A stretch of DNA of 64,000 bases from Terriglobia bacterium (lineage in GTDB: Bacteria > Acidobacteriota > Terriglobia > Acidiferrales > UBA7541), in contig OY968796.1 of NCBI GenBank assembly GCA_963695545.1, positions 1,024,001-1,088,000 of the forward strand. Direction: 5' to 3'. The notes below the pieces were generated by a model. The model did no database searches, was not told where the DNA came from, and was given only the letters and a program-made list of their open reading frames with translations. A program made the translations under genes and the position numbers. This document shows, one piece after another, positions 1 to 10,157 of this stretch (within the stretch, counting starts at the first letter, position 1; each line of letters opens with the position of its first letter).

Positions 1-1652
1 GGATACACGCTCAAGCGCATTCCGCGCGTTACGCGATCGCTGCGCAAGTGATTCCAATGGCGAAGCTCGAGAGTGGTTACGTCGAATTCATCGGCGACCG
101 AGGCCAGGGTGTCGTCGCGCCGCACTCGATAACTCACGCGGCGGCCCATGGCCGGCTGCGCGCTGGCTTCGACAGGAATGATCAACTTTGCGCCCACCGC
201 CAGCGTCTCGTCGGCATCGATTCCATTCGCGGCGGCGATGGCGGCGGGACTGACGCGATATTGTTTCGCGATGCTCGAGAGCGTTTCATCCGCTTCGACG
301 CGATGATCGCGCCAGCTCACCCACTTATCCGGCGGAATCGCGGCGATCTCGGCGTAAAACCGCTCGGCGGTTCCCTCCGGTAGATGCAGCACGAAATTCG
401 GATCGCTCGGCGTGATCAAACGCAGTAACTGCGGATTGAGCGTGCGCAGCGTATCGAGATCGACGTCGATGGTTTCGGCCACCAGGCGCAGGTCGATGGG
501 ATGGCCGGGCTTCACGCTATCGGGTTCGATGGCCGGCTCGGGATCCACTTCGATGCCGTAGCGCGCCGGATCTTTCGAGATCAGCGCGAGCGCCAGGATG
601 ATGGGCACGTAGTTGCGCGTTTCCTTGGGCAAAACGTTGCGCCGGTACAGTTCCCAGAAATCGGCGTAGCCGGTGCGCTGGATGGCGCGCTCGACATTTG
701 CGGGGCCGCAATCGTAGGCGGCCATGGCCAGATACCAATCGCCGAATTCGTTATACAAGCCGCGCAGATCTTCCGCGGCGGCGCGCGTAGCTTTTTCCGG
801 GTCCTGCCGGTCGTCCACCCACCAACTTTTCTGCAGACCGTAGAGCCGGCCGCTGGAGGACATGAATTGCCACAATCCGCGGGCGCCTTCTCTCGAGAGA
901 GCTTGCGGCTGGAACGCGCTTTCATTTTGCGCGAGGTAAATTAAATCCTGCGGCAAACCCTCTTCGCGCAGCACGCGCGAGATCATGTCGCGATAGCGCC
1001 CGGCGCGGCGCAGTCCCGTGGCCACGATGGCGCGGCCGCGAGGCGTCTGGAAAAAATTGAGGTAGGCCAGAACGTAATCGTTCACGGTCAGCGGAAGATC
1101 GTGCTCCACCGACTCGACCTCGACTTCGGCGTTCCCGCGCAGCGCCGGGTCCGCAGGCAGAGGAGGCGCCTCGGCCAGATCCGGCATTTCGTCGAGCGGC
1201 GCGGGCGCGGTGGCTTGCTCGCTAAAACCGTCGCCGTCGTGGAAGGCCACCATCTCATCGGCGTGCACGGTCTCGACGATGTGCTCGTACAACCGCTGGA
1301 GCTGCGGCTCCTGGTTCAAATCGTAGCCGCTGCCCAGCAGCACTTCGAGCGATTGGTCGAATTCCTGGCGCGCCTGATCCAGGTGGCCGGCCTGGTAATC
1401 GCGCTGCCCGGCTTCAAACGCGGCGTTCGCCGCGCGAGCCACAAGAGCATCGCCATTCGGCGCCTCGGTAGAGAGGGCCACTGGCGCGCGGCGGGAATTG
1501 AGCGGGAGCTGATCCACCCTCGGCGCAGTGGCTACGTTGATGCTCGGCGGACGAACCGTGACCGCGGTGCGCGCCGTGTCTGCACAGCCCGCAGCCGCGA
1601 GAGAACAAACGAGGGCCGCGGCCAAGGTTCGGAGTTTGGAAGTTTTCGTCAA
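1..1652 (-). CDS. Membrane-bound lytic murein transglycosylase D-like lipoprotein (SLT domain + LysM repeats); 3' end runs off the window
   Basis: Manual minus-strand translation (missing from the ORF track because it has no stop in the window): lipobox-like LAAAGC, SLT motifs 'LAQNESAFQPQALS..GARGLWQFM', 'AMAAYDCGP', 'ETRNYVP', then LysM repeats 'HRVEADETLSSIAKQYRVS' and 'YRVRRDDTLASVADEFDVT'. The start (TTG 1652) is approximate. Confidence 0.88.
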   Translation of the reverse strand, partial: MTKTSKLRTLAAALVCSLAAAGCADTARTAVTVRPPSINVATAPRVDQLPLNSRRAPVALSTEAPNGDALVARAANAAFEAGQRDYQAGHLDQARQEFDQSLEVLLGSGYDLNQEPQLQRLYEHIVETVHADEMVAFHDGDGFSEQATAPAPLDEMPDLAEAPPLPADPALRGNAEVEVESVEHDLPLTVNDYVLAYLNFFQTPRGRAIVATGLRRAGRYRDMISRVLREEGLPQDLIYLAQNESAFQPQALSREGARGLWQFMSSSGRLYGLQKSWWVDDRQDPEKATRAAAEDLRGLYNEFGDWYLAMAAYDCGPANVERAIQRTGYADFWELYRRNVLPKETRNYVPIILALALISKDPARYGIEVDPEPAIEPDSVKPGHPIDLRLVAETIDVDLDTLRTLNPQLLRLITPSDPNFVLHLPEGTAERFYAEIAAIPPDKWVSWRDHRVEADETLSSIAKQYRVSPAAIAAANGIDADETLAVGAKLIIPVEASAQPAMGRRVSYRVRRDDTLASVADEFDVTTLELRHWNHLRSDRVTRGMRLSVY

Positions 1653-1935
1653 CGTTTTGACCAAAACGCTCTGACTAACGACTCCAAAAACGATTTTACG
1701 CGTCACCCGTGGCGAGATTTTTCTGTCGTGCGATTGCGATTGGCGGCCCGGCGGCGATTCTCTTCCATGATAATTAGACGGCGCCGCACGGCAAAAGGGT
1801 CGCCTGAGGCATGCTACCGGCCCGCCCGCAATGGGTCAATCCAAAACGGTGGGGATGTTAACTCACTTTGTACACAACGTACTAGCGACGCGGAGGTGTG
1901 CTACGGCGGCTCGCCGGTAGATGAGCGCGCTCCGG

Positions 1936-3144
1936 CTAAGCCAGGGCTTGCTTGAGGTCGGCGATCAGGTCAGCCGCATCTTCCAGGCCCACCGATACAC
2001 GCACCGTGCCGGGCGCCACGCCGGCCGCGGCCAATTCCTGCGCACTCATTCTGTAATGCGAGGTGTATTGCGGCAAAACGATCAGCGATTCGACGCCGCC
2101 GAGGCTCGCCGCCAGAAGGAAAATCCGCGCGCGATCGCAGAAGCGCCGCGCCGCTTTCAATCCTCCCTTAAGGTCGAACGCAAGCATCCCGCCGAAGCCC
2201 GACATTTGCCGCCGCGCGAGTTCGTGACTCGCGTGCGACGCGAGCCCAGGATAGTGCACGCGCGCGACCTTGGGATGCCGTTCGAGAAATCGCGCCACGG
2301 CCATCGCCGTCGCGCACTGCCGGCGAACGCGCAGTTCGAGCGTCTTGAGGCCGCGGATCAGTAGATACGCCGCGCCCGGGTCCATCGAGCCGCCCAGATA
2401 GATCACGCGCTCGCGCACCCGCGCGATCCACTTGTGCGAGCCGACCACCGCTCCGGCGATCAAGTCCGAATGGCCGCCGAGATATTTCGTCGCGCTGTGC
2501 ACCACGAGGTCGAATCCCATCGCAATCGGTTTTTGCAGCACGGGCGAGGCGAAAGTGTTGTCCACCAGCGTCACAATGTCGTGGCGCTCTCCTACGGACG
2601 CGGCTTTGCGCAAATCCACGAGGCCCAGCGTCGGATTCGTCGGCGTCTCAATATACAGCGCGCGCGTGCGCTCGCTCACCAGGCGGTCCACGCCGTCGAG
2701 ACTCGGTTCGACGAAGCGCACGGCGATACCCAAGCTGGGCAGCAGGTCGCGCAACAAACGATACGCGCCGCCGTAGAGTTGCCGCGTGGCGATCAATTCG
2801 TCGCCGGATTGCAACACGGCGAAAAGCGCGCTCGAAATCGCCGCCATGCCCGAGGCCGTTACGATCGCCGCCTCGGCGCCTTCAAGCGCCGCCAGTTTTT
2901 CTTCGGCGATCGCCAGCGTCGGATTGCCGTAACGCGTGTAGATGTAAGCCTTCGATTTCCCTTCCGCCCAGCGCTTCATCTCCGCCGTGTCGGCGAAGAC
3001 GAAGTTCGAGGTGCGCTCGATCGCCGGCGCGACAGGGCCATTGCGTCCTGGCTTCGCGTCGCCGACGTGAATCGCGAGGGTCGCGTCGCCCCAGCTAGGA
3101 GTTTTTGCGGGGCGTTGCCGGGATTTTGGTTTGGTCTTGGCCAT
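1936..3144 (-). CDS. PLP-dependent trans-sulfuration enzyme (cystathionine gamma-synthase/lyase or methionine gamma-lyase family)
   Basis: Motifs [33 protein letters not shown] (PLP lysine), [11 protein letters not shown] 3144 has a GGAG RBS. Confidence 0.92.
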   Translation of the reverse strand: MAKTKPKSRQRPAKTPSWGDATLAIHVGDAKPGRNGPVAPAIERTSNFVFADTAEMKRWAEGKSKAYIYTRYGNPTLAIAEEKLAALEGAEAAIVTASGMAAISSALFAVLQSGDELIATRQLYGGAYRLLRDLLPSLGIAVRFVEPSLDGVDRLVSERTRALYIETPTNPTLGLVDLRKAASVGERHDIVTLVDNTFASPVLQKPIAMGFDLVVHSATKYLGGHSDLIAGAVVGSHKWIARVRERVIYLGGSMDPGAAYLLIRGLKTLELRVRRQCATAMAVARFLERHPKVARVHYPGLASHASHELARRQMSGFGGMLAFDLKGGLKAARRFCDRARIFLLAASLGGVESLIVLPQYTSHYRMSAQELAAAGVAPGTVRVSVGLEDAADLIADLKQALA

Positions 3145-3269
3145 AGTCTCTCCGCGCAGAGCGCGTTGCCTCAGGTTGATTCTGCGCAATTACCGTCCGG
3201 GCGCAAGAGCCAATTTGAGCGGCAACGCGAACTGCATTAAACTCCCCACGCGCAGTTCGTTCCAAGTCT

Positions 3270-3905
3270 ATGGCCGGTCAAACCTTACGCGAACCTCGCT
3301 GGCCCGCCTTCGGCGCGATGTTGGCCGCCGCCTGCCTGTATTTGGCGTTGCCGGAATCCCTCTCGGTCGGGCCGAGCTGGTTGTTGCTCGCAATCGTTTT
3401 CGTGTTGCTGATCCCGACAGAAGTGTCCTACCGTCGCGGCCGCTACGACGTCACCCGCATACTCACGTTTGTCGCGAGCGGCGCGATCACCGCCGCCATG
3501 ATCGCTTCGCTGGTCATCTTGATCGCGGATTTGCCGGCGCATCGCGAGTCGCCGAAAAAGCTGTTGGTTTCGGCGGTCGCACTGTGGATCACAAACGTTC
3601 TGGTGTTCGCGCTGTGGTATTGGAAGCTCGACGCCGGCGGGCCGCTCGAGCGCGACAAATCCCGCGGCCGGCACCTGGGCAGTTCGTTTCTGTTTCCGCA
3701 AATGCTCAATTTGGACGATGCGAACCCGCCCTGGTCGCCCAATTTTATGGACTACCTATTTCTGGCCTTCAACACCAGCACGGCGTTCTCTCCCACTGAC
3801 ACGGCAGTGCTGACGCACTGGGCGAAATTCGGCACCATGCTCCAATCCCTGATTTCTCTTACCATCGTGGTGCTGCTCGCCGCCCGCGCCGTCAATATTC
3901 TCTAG
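3270..3905 (+). CDS. DUF1345-like integral membrane protein
   Basis: Several TM helices; motifs 'FLFPQM', 'W.P.F.DYLFLAF.TSTAFSPTDT', 'MLQSLISL...LLAARAVNIL'. Confidence 0.75.
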   Translation: MAGQTLREPRWPAFGAMLAAACLYLALPESLSVGPSWLLLAIVFVLLIPTEVSYRRGRYDVTRILTFVASGAITAAMIASLVILIADLPAHRESPKKLLVSAVALWITNVLVFALWYWKLDAGGPLERDKSRGRHLGSSFLFPQMLNLDDANPPWSPNFMDYLFLAFNTSTAFSPTDTAVLTHWAKFGTMLQSLISLTIVVLLAARAVNIL

Positions 3906-4028
3906 CTTCACCTCGCGCCGATCGCCAGCCTCACGACCGATTTTTTGGATTCGAGCTTCATAGAGTCGCTTCGCGAGATCATCCCGCTCCACGGTGACAA
4001 CGTTGGGTCGTTTTGTTAGAGTCGGCCG

Positions 4029-5414
4029 ATGATTTCGACGGAAACCTATTTTTGGGACGACCTTTTGCCGCTTATCGAAGATGGCCAGGTCGTGCCGATT
4101 GTGGGCCGTGACCTCCTCGAAATGGCTCCCCAGCAGTTCTTTCACCGCATGGTGGCGGAACAACTGGCTGCGGAGCTGAAGATTCCGAGCGATCGCCTCC
4201 CGCCGAACTTCGAGACCAATGACGTGGTCTGCGCCTTCGCCGATTTTCACGGCGATTCGCTGGCCGTCAGACCGCAACTGATTTTGCGCATTCTCAGCAA
4301 GCTGAAACCTCCTGATCCGTCGGCGCTGCCCGAGGCGCTCCGGCTGCTCGCGGAAATTCCCGAGTTCCATTTGTTCATCAGCACCACGTTCGACACGCTT
4401 CTTGAAGAAGCCATCGAGTCCGTGCGCAAACGCAAGCCCGCGGTCGTCTCCTTTCCTCCTTCGTCGAGCAACATCGATTTTGACGAGGCGCTCCTCGATC
4501 AATCGGGCAGCATGGTCTTTCAGGTTCTTGGCCGCGCTTCGGTTTCATCGACGTTCGCGATGACCGAAGGACAGATGCTCGAGCAGATGCACGATTTCAT
4601 GGCCGGCGAGGGACGTCCGAAGAAATTGATCGCCAAGCTGCAGCAAAGCCATTTGCTGATTCTTGGCGTGGACTTCCCCGATTGGCTGGCGCGCTTTCTC
4701 TTGCGGCTGACCCGCTCGAAGCCCTTGTGGGATTCCCGCAACTTCATGGAATTCATTGCCGACGCCCGCTGCATGCAGCCGGGCTTCGCGCAATTTCTCG
4801 AGCGCTTCAGCCCGCTCCGCTCCCATCTTTACACCGACGGAACTCCCACGGATTTTGTGCGCGAATTGCACCGCCGCCGGTTTGAGCGGCATCCCGCAAC
4901 GGAAGCGCCGGTGGTGAATACGACCATCGATCCCGAGAAGCCGTCGGTGATGGCGCCCGGATCGATTTTCGTCAGTTATGCCAGCGAAGATAGAAAAGCC
5001 GCTTTCCAGCTGGCCGACGAGCTTAGCCAGGCGGGTTTGGAAGTGTGGATCGATCGCCGTCTGCGGCCCGGCGACAATTTCCGCGACGTCATCGAGAGCA
5101 ACATTCGCTTGTGCTCGGCGTTTGTAGGCGTGGTCTCGCGCAACACCCAGGACGATTCCGGCGAAGGGCGATGGTTCCGCAAGGAACGCGAGCAGGCCGT
5201 CGGAAGGGCGGGCTTCTGGTACGGCACGGACCGCAGATTTTTGTTTCCGGTTGTGGTGGACAACACGCCGAACAGCGAACTGATGGAATACCGCAAGCAA
5301 ACTTTCGGTGAGCGCAGCGCGGCGAGAGCCGTGGATGGCCGAGTGCCGCCGGAATTGATCCAGGAACTTGACGCCGCACAAAAAGCCTACCGGCGCAATC
5401 CACCCGTCGCATGA
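4029..5414 (+). CDS. SIR2-like (degenerate) N-terminal domain + C-terminal TIR domain protein
   Basis: N-part 'VVPIVG', 'FISTTFDTLLEEA', 'LLILGVDFPDWLARFLLR' resembles the SIR2_2-type fold. C-part 'IFVSYASED...AGLEVWID...PGDNF...SAFVGVVS...WFRKE' is a TIR_2 domain. Confidence 0.8.
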   Translation: MISTETYFWDDLLPLIEDGQVVPIVGRDLLEMAPQQFFHRMVAEQLAAELKIPSDRLPPNFETNDVVCAFADFHGDSLAVRPQLILRILSKLKPPDPSALPEALRLLAEIPEFHLFISTTFDTLLEEAIESVRKRKPAVVSFPPSSSNIDFDEALLDQSGSMVFQVLGRASVSSTFAMTEGQMLEQMHDFMAGEGRPKKLIAKLQQSHLLILGVDFPDWLARFLLRLTRSKPLWDSRNFMEFIADARCMQPGFAQFLERFSPLRSHLYTDGTPTDFVRELHRRRFERHPATEAPVVNTTIDPEKPSVMAPGSIFVSYASEDRKAAFQLADELSQAGLEVWIDRRLRPGDNFRDVIESNIRLCSAFVGVVSRNTQDDSGEGRWFRKEREQAVGRAGFWYGTDRRFLFPVVVDNTPNSELMEYRKQTFGERSAARAVDGRVPPELIQELDAAQKAYRRNPPVA

Positions 5415-8400
5415 GTGCCGCCATGGCACCTTCGTCGGAACTCACGAAACAGAATCCCTGGCCTGGACTGCGCGCGTTCGGAGAGAACGATCGTGATTTC
5501 TTTTTCGGCCGGGAACGCGAGACCGCAGAACTGCTCGGTCTGGTACAGCGCTCGCCTGTGGTCGTGCTCTACGGCCAATCTGGCCTTGGCAAAACGTCGC
5601 TGCTGCAAGCCGGTTTATTTCCAAGACTGAAGGAGCTCAACTATCTGCCGTTCCGCGTGCGCTTCGATCACGGGGACGACGCCCTTCCCCTGGACCGGCA
5701 AATCACGTTGGCGGTCGCCGCGGAACTCGATCGCGCGCAAATTTCGGGGCCGCGGCCGGCCGAGGGCGAAACGCTCTGGGAATATTTTCACCGCACTGAC
5801 CTCGATTTCTGGGGGCCACGCAATCGTCTGCTCACGCCGGTGATCGTGCTCGATCAGTTTGAAGAAGTCTTCACGCTTGGCCATCGCAGCGAAAAATCTA
5901 CCGCCCGGGTGGCCGAATTCCAAAAGGAACTGGAGTCCGTGATCGAGCATCGACCTCCGGACGCCGTGCGCGAACGACTGGAAGCGCACCCGGATGACGC
6001 GCTCCGGTACGACCTGAAGAAGCAGGCGATAAAGTTCGTGATCACCCTGCGCGAGGATTTCCTGCCGGATCTCGATCCCTGGCGGGAGCGCATGCCTTCC
6101 CTGCTGCTGAATCGTTTTCGCCTGGAGCGCATGACCGGCAAGCAGGCGCTCGACGTGATCCTGCGCGGAGGCGGCGAACTTGTAGACCTTGCAGTGGCGC
6201 GCGACATTGTGGATTTCGTTTCCGCCTCGCGGCGCAAACGCTCCGCAAGAACGCTGGAAGAGCGCGAAGTGGAGCCCGCGCTCTTGAGCGTGGTTTGCGA
6301 CGCGCTCAATCTCAGCCGCATCGAGCACGGCAAGGCGCGCATCACGCCCGATCTGCTCACCGAGAAGCGCGAAGAGATCATCCAGGATTTTTACGAGCGC
6401 ACCTTCCAGGGCGTCGATCCGCGCGTGCGTGAGTGGGTCGAAGACCGCTTGCTCACCAGTACCGGCTTCCGCGATCGGGCCGCGCTCGACGACGCCAAAC
6501 GCCTGGGGCTGCCTGAATCCGATTTCGATTTGCTCGTCAATCGCCGCATTCTTCATCGCGAGGAGCGTGAGGGCGTCATCTGGCTGGAACTGACGCATGA
6601 TTTGCTCAGCGATCCAGCAGCGCGCAGCCGCGCGGTGCGCGAGCAGCGAATCCAGGCGGAAGCCGCGAAAGAACGTGAGAAAGCCGCCGCCGAGCGCGAA
6701 GCGCAAGTCCGGAGCAAACTGCGCAGAACTCAACTGGTGGTGGCCGTCTGCGGCGTGCTGCTGGTGATCGCCGCCGTGGCTCTTGACCGCGCGATCGTAG
6801 CCACGCGCAACGCGCGCGCTGCTGAATCCAAAGCGATCACGGCGCAAACGGTTGCCGTGCAAGCGCAAGCCAGCAGCGAAGCCAGTTATGGGTCCGCTCT
6901 TGAAATGACCAACAGAATGGAATCGAGCATCGATGATTCGGGGATTCCCGCAGCGACGGTGATCAAAGATATTGACGACGTGGAACGCACGTACACGCGT
7001 GTTGCGAACCAAGTGACTTCGTCTGATCTGGCGCAGTTTGAATTGCAGCACGCTCAATTCCTCACCAAAGCCGCCGACGCCTATTACCGCATCGGATACT
7101 TGAAACAGGGACTCGCCGAATCGCAGCAAGCACTCGATCTCCTCGAGAAAATCAGCGGATCGGATGTCGCCGGAGATGTGCGCCTCGCGCGCGCAGCGGC
7201 GCTTTACGATCGAGGCCACGGTTTGCAAGTAATCGGCCAGCTCGACGCGGCGCGCGCCAGCTACGAGGACGCCATCAAGTCCGCCATGCCGACACAATCG
7301 CCCGAATCAAGGCAGGCCGCCCTCCGCGTGAACGTGTTGTCGCGAATCGGTCTTGCCGACCTCGACGAACAGATTTGGTCGTACTCCGCGGCGCACACCC
7401 ACCTGCGGGATGCAATCGACATAATTAGAGCGGTGAATACGAATGCATCCGACGCGGACGCGAACGAAGTTCGTTCGTGGAACGCTTTGGCCGAGCAGGG
7501 CCTGGGCATGACTCTGACGCCGGATCCCGAGTCGCGGCAGCATTCGGCCGATGCGGCGGCTCTCATCAGGGGATTGATGGCCAGCGACCCACAAAATCTC
7601 CACTGGAAGCGAATGTTCGCTCACGTCGCGTATGTGCAGGGCATGGCCACCATGAGTCTTGGGCGGCTTGACGAGGCCGAGCCATTACTCGAACAGTCGC
7701 TATCGATCAGCGAAGATCTTTGCAGCCGCGATCCGTTGAATCTCGATTGGCGTTTGGGATTGCTCGAAGGCCACCTGGGGCTGGGTTCGGTCCAGCAAAG
7801 CAGCGGCGAGTGGGATTTATCGCAAGAGGAGTTGACCAAGGCCCAATCCGAAGCGCCGGAATTGACCGACGCGCAGCCCAGCTGGACCCAGGCGATCCTG
7901 GATACCAGCGTCGTCGATCTTGTGCTCGGCAACGTGCTCACTTCCAAATACGGCGACGAATCCGACTCCAAACAAAAAGCTCTCCTGTTGCAGGACGCAT
8001 CCTCCTTGTTCGCGAAGGCGCGCGAATGGTCGGAGAAAGGCATGCGACTCGCACCGGAGAACATGTACTTCGTCGAGTTCGCTACCGGGCCCATCGGACG
8101 CCAGGGATTGGTCCTCGCATACCAGGGCGCGGCGCTGGACACGTCCGTCAAGGGAAATCAAGAAGAGAAGAACCAGAAAGAAACCGAAGCTCTCAAATAT
8201 TACGCCGACGCTCAGGAAAAATTCCGGCCCGTCGAGCGCGTGGCCAAAGACGAACCCAGGACTCTTTCTGACGAAGCGTATCTCCATTTCTGGATGGGCA
8301 ACGCGTTGACGGCGCTTTCCAGGACAAGCGATGCGGTCTCCGCATACCAACAGATGGCTGCTTCGGCCAAGCGCTTGGTCGAACGGAATCCCGTCGGCGA

Positions 8401-10099
8401 AAGTTACAGCGTCCTTTCGGCTGCCTACACCAACGTCGGCGCCGCCTGCGCCACCGAAAACAAACCGGACGACGCTGCCGCGAACGATCTCCTCGCCGAA
8501 GATGCGATTCGCCACGCCCTGCTCTTGAAGCCGGGGAACACCGGTTACCACGCTCAGGAAGCCCAGATTCAAATCCAACTCTTCGAGATTGCGTTTCAGC
8601 GCAATGATTTTGCGGCGGCTCTCGATGCGCTCGATCGGGGAGTTTCCACTTCCCTGGCCGCGCTGAAAACCGATTATTCGGACCCGCGACTCAATCAAGA
8701 CGTCGTCTATTTCAAAAAGCAATTGGGAATCGTTCAGACCGCGCTTCAGACCACGCGTCCGCCGGAAGGACCGGGAGCGGCACAAGGCCATTTGTCGTCG
8801 GAGCAATCGGCGATACTCCTGCAGAAAATCAAAGATCTGTTGGCCGAGACTGCTCCCGACAAGCTGCTCAATCACAATTCACGGCAAGCCGATTGGACTC
8901 TGCGTCCGCTGATCCCCGGCGCGTGGCAGTATCTCGCCGATGCGGATCGTGAAGCGGCGGTCGCGAGCCTGCTGACCCTCGACAAAAATCTGAAAGCGGA
9001 GCAAGTGTGGGGCATTCGCAAGCTTCCCCTCGACTTTTACGATGATGTGACGTTGTACGAAGCGCAAGTCGTCTTGCCGGACGGAACCCACGGAATCTCC
9101 GGCTTCTTGCAGCAGGGGAAGAAACCGCCGCTTCCGGTGGATTCTTCGGGAAGCCAGATCCAAACGCTGAACGCGGAATCACAATTAAAATTGGACAACG
9201 CTTCTCGCGCGGCGGATTACATGCGCTTTTGCGTGAGCATGTTTCAAGGTGACGGTGGATTGATCCATCCGCTCGACGAGCCAGACGATATCAGTTGGCG
9301 GCCCGAGGCCACGGCCCAGCAGCGCGAGAGCGTCGTCGCGTTGATCTCGCCGCTGGTCGCCGAGCCGGTTTCCGATCGCGGTTGGCAAGCGATCGCGACG
9401 GTTCAATTCAACGGCTATCTGAGCAAAATCAGCATTCACCTTTCGCGCTTTGGCGGCTTCCAATTTTTCAACGGAGATCGCGTGACCCAGCGGCTCCCCG
9501 TCAATGTAGAGGTCTTCGACAATGGCCTGCGCGTGCCGCGTACACTGGAAGAAGTCGATAAGCAAACCTGGCAGGGACAGGTCGCGCAGCTCACGCAGAA
9601 GCTCAAGGCCAATCCGAATGACGAGACCGCTCTCTCGCAACTGCCCGGCTTCTACTATGACTTAGCGCGCTGGAACGACGCCGTGGATGCGCAAAAGAAA
9701 TGGCTGGCCTTCGTTCAGAACGAGCCCAAGCATGACGCTGCCTGGACCGCGCAATTGAATCTGGCCTATCGGTATCTCGCGCTGTACCAGCTGTTTATTC
9801 GTGACTTCGCGGGATCACTGGCTTCCAACGACGAGGCAAGAAAGCTGGACAGCTCCGCCCTCGGGATGGAACTGACCCGTGCGGAGGCTCTGGTTTTTCT
9901 CGGGCACACGTCGGAAGCAGAGGTCATCTTCCTCGGGCATCGCGGCGAGAAAATGATCCCGAGTGACCCCAATTCATCGACCTGGGAAAATCAGGTCAAC
10001 CTGAATTTCGACGCGCTGCAAAAGGCAGGGATCATCACACCGGATATGGCCCCCGAAATCGCTCACATTCGCGAACTTTTGAAGACGCCGGCGAAATAA
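5411..10099 (+). CDS. STAND-class (nSTAND1-like) NTPase with a TM helix and a long TPR-rich C-terminus
   Basis: 'NPWPGLRAF..DRDFFFGRE', Walker A GQSGLGKTS, Walker B VIVLDQFEEVF, 'LREDFL', 'ELTHDLL'; coiled coil, hydrophobic helix LVVAVCGVLLVIAAVAL, then TPR-like helical repeats. ATGA overlap with the upstream gene. Confidence 0.85.
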   Translation: MSAAMAPSSELTKQNPWPGLRAFGENDRDFFFGRERETAELLGLVQRSPVVVLYGQSGLGKTSLLQAGLFPRLKELNYLPFRVRFDHGDDALPLDRQITLAVAAELDRAQISGPRPAEGETLWEYFHRTDLDFWGPRNRLLTPVIVLDQFEEVFTLGHRSEKSTARVAEFQKELESVIEHRPPDAVRERLEAHPDDALRYDLKKQAIKFVITLREDFLPDLDPWRERMPSLLLNRFRLERMTGKQALDVILRGGGELVDLAVARDIVDFVSASRRKRSARTLEEREVEPALLSVVCDALNLSRIEHGKARITPDLLTEKREEIIQDFYERTFQGVDPRVREWVEDRLLTSTGFRDRAALDDAKRLGLPESDFDLLVNRRILHREEREGVIWLELTHDLLSDPAARSRAVREQRIQAEAAKEREKAAAEREAQVRSKLRRTQLVVAVCGVLLVIAAVALDRAIVATRNARAAESKAITAQTVAVQAQASSEASYGSALEMTNRMESSIDDSGIPAATVIKDIDDVERTYTRVANQVTSSDLAQFELQHAQFLTKAADAYYRIGYLKQGLAESQQALDLLEKISGSDVAGDVRLARAAALYDRGHGLQVIGQLDAARASYEDAIKSAMPTQSPESRQAALRVNVLSRIGLADLDEQIWSYSAAHTHLRDAIDIIRAVNTNASDADANEVRSWNALAEQGLGMTLTPDPESRQHSADAAALIRGLMASDPQNLHWKRMFAHVAYVQGMATMSLGRLDEAEPLLEQSLSISEDLCSRDPLNLDWRLGLLEGHLGLGSVQQSSGEWDLSQEELTKAQSEAPELTDAQPSWTQAILDTSVVDLVLGNVLTSKYGDESDSKQKALLLQDASSLFAKAREWSEKGMRLAPENMYFVEFATGPIGRQGLVLAYQGAALDTSVKGNQEEKNQKETEALKYYADAQEKFRPVERVAKDEPRTLSDEAYLHFWMGNALTALSRTSDAVSAYQQMAASAKRLVERNPVGESYSVLSAAYTNVGAACATENKPDDAAANDLLAEDAIRHALLLKPGNTGYHAQEAQIQIQLFEIAFQRNDFAAALDALDRGVSTSLAALKTDYSDPRLNQDVVYFKKQLGIVQTALQTTRPPEGPGAAQGHLSSEQSAILLQKIKDLLAETAPDKLLNHNSRQADWTLRPLIPGAWQYLADADREAAVASLLTLDKNLKAEQVWGIRKLPLDFYDDVTLYEAQVVLPDGTHGISGFLQQGKKPPLPVDSSGSQIQTLNAESQLKLDNASRAADYMRFCVSMFQGDGGLIHPLDEPDDISWRPEATAQQRESVVALISPLVAEPVSDRGWQAIATVQFNGYLSKISIHLSRFGGFQFFNGDRVTQRLPVNVEVFDNGLRVPRTLEEVDKQTWQGQVAQLTQKLKANPNDETALSQLPGFYYDLARWNDAVDAQKKWLAFVQNEPKHDAAWTAQLNLAYRYLALYQLFIRDFAGSLASNDEARKLDSSALGMELTRAEALVFLGHTSEAEVIFLGHRGEKMIPSDPNSSTWENQVNLNFDALQKAGIITPDMAPEIAHIRELLKTPAK

Positions 10100-10157
10100 A
10101 TCCGTTTCGATGAAAGCGTGAAATCGCAGCCGCGTTCGTTCCGACTTCCAGCCGCCG

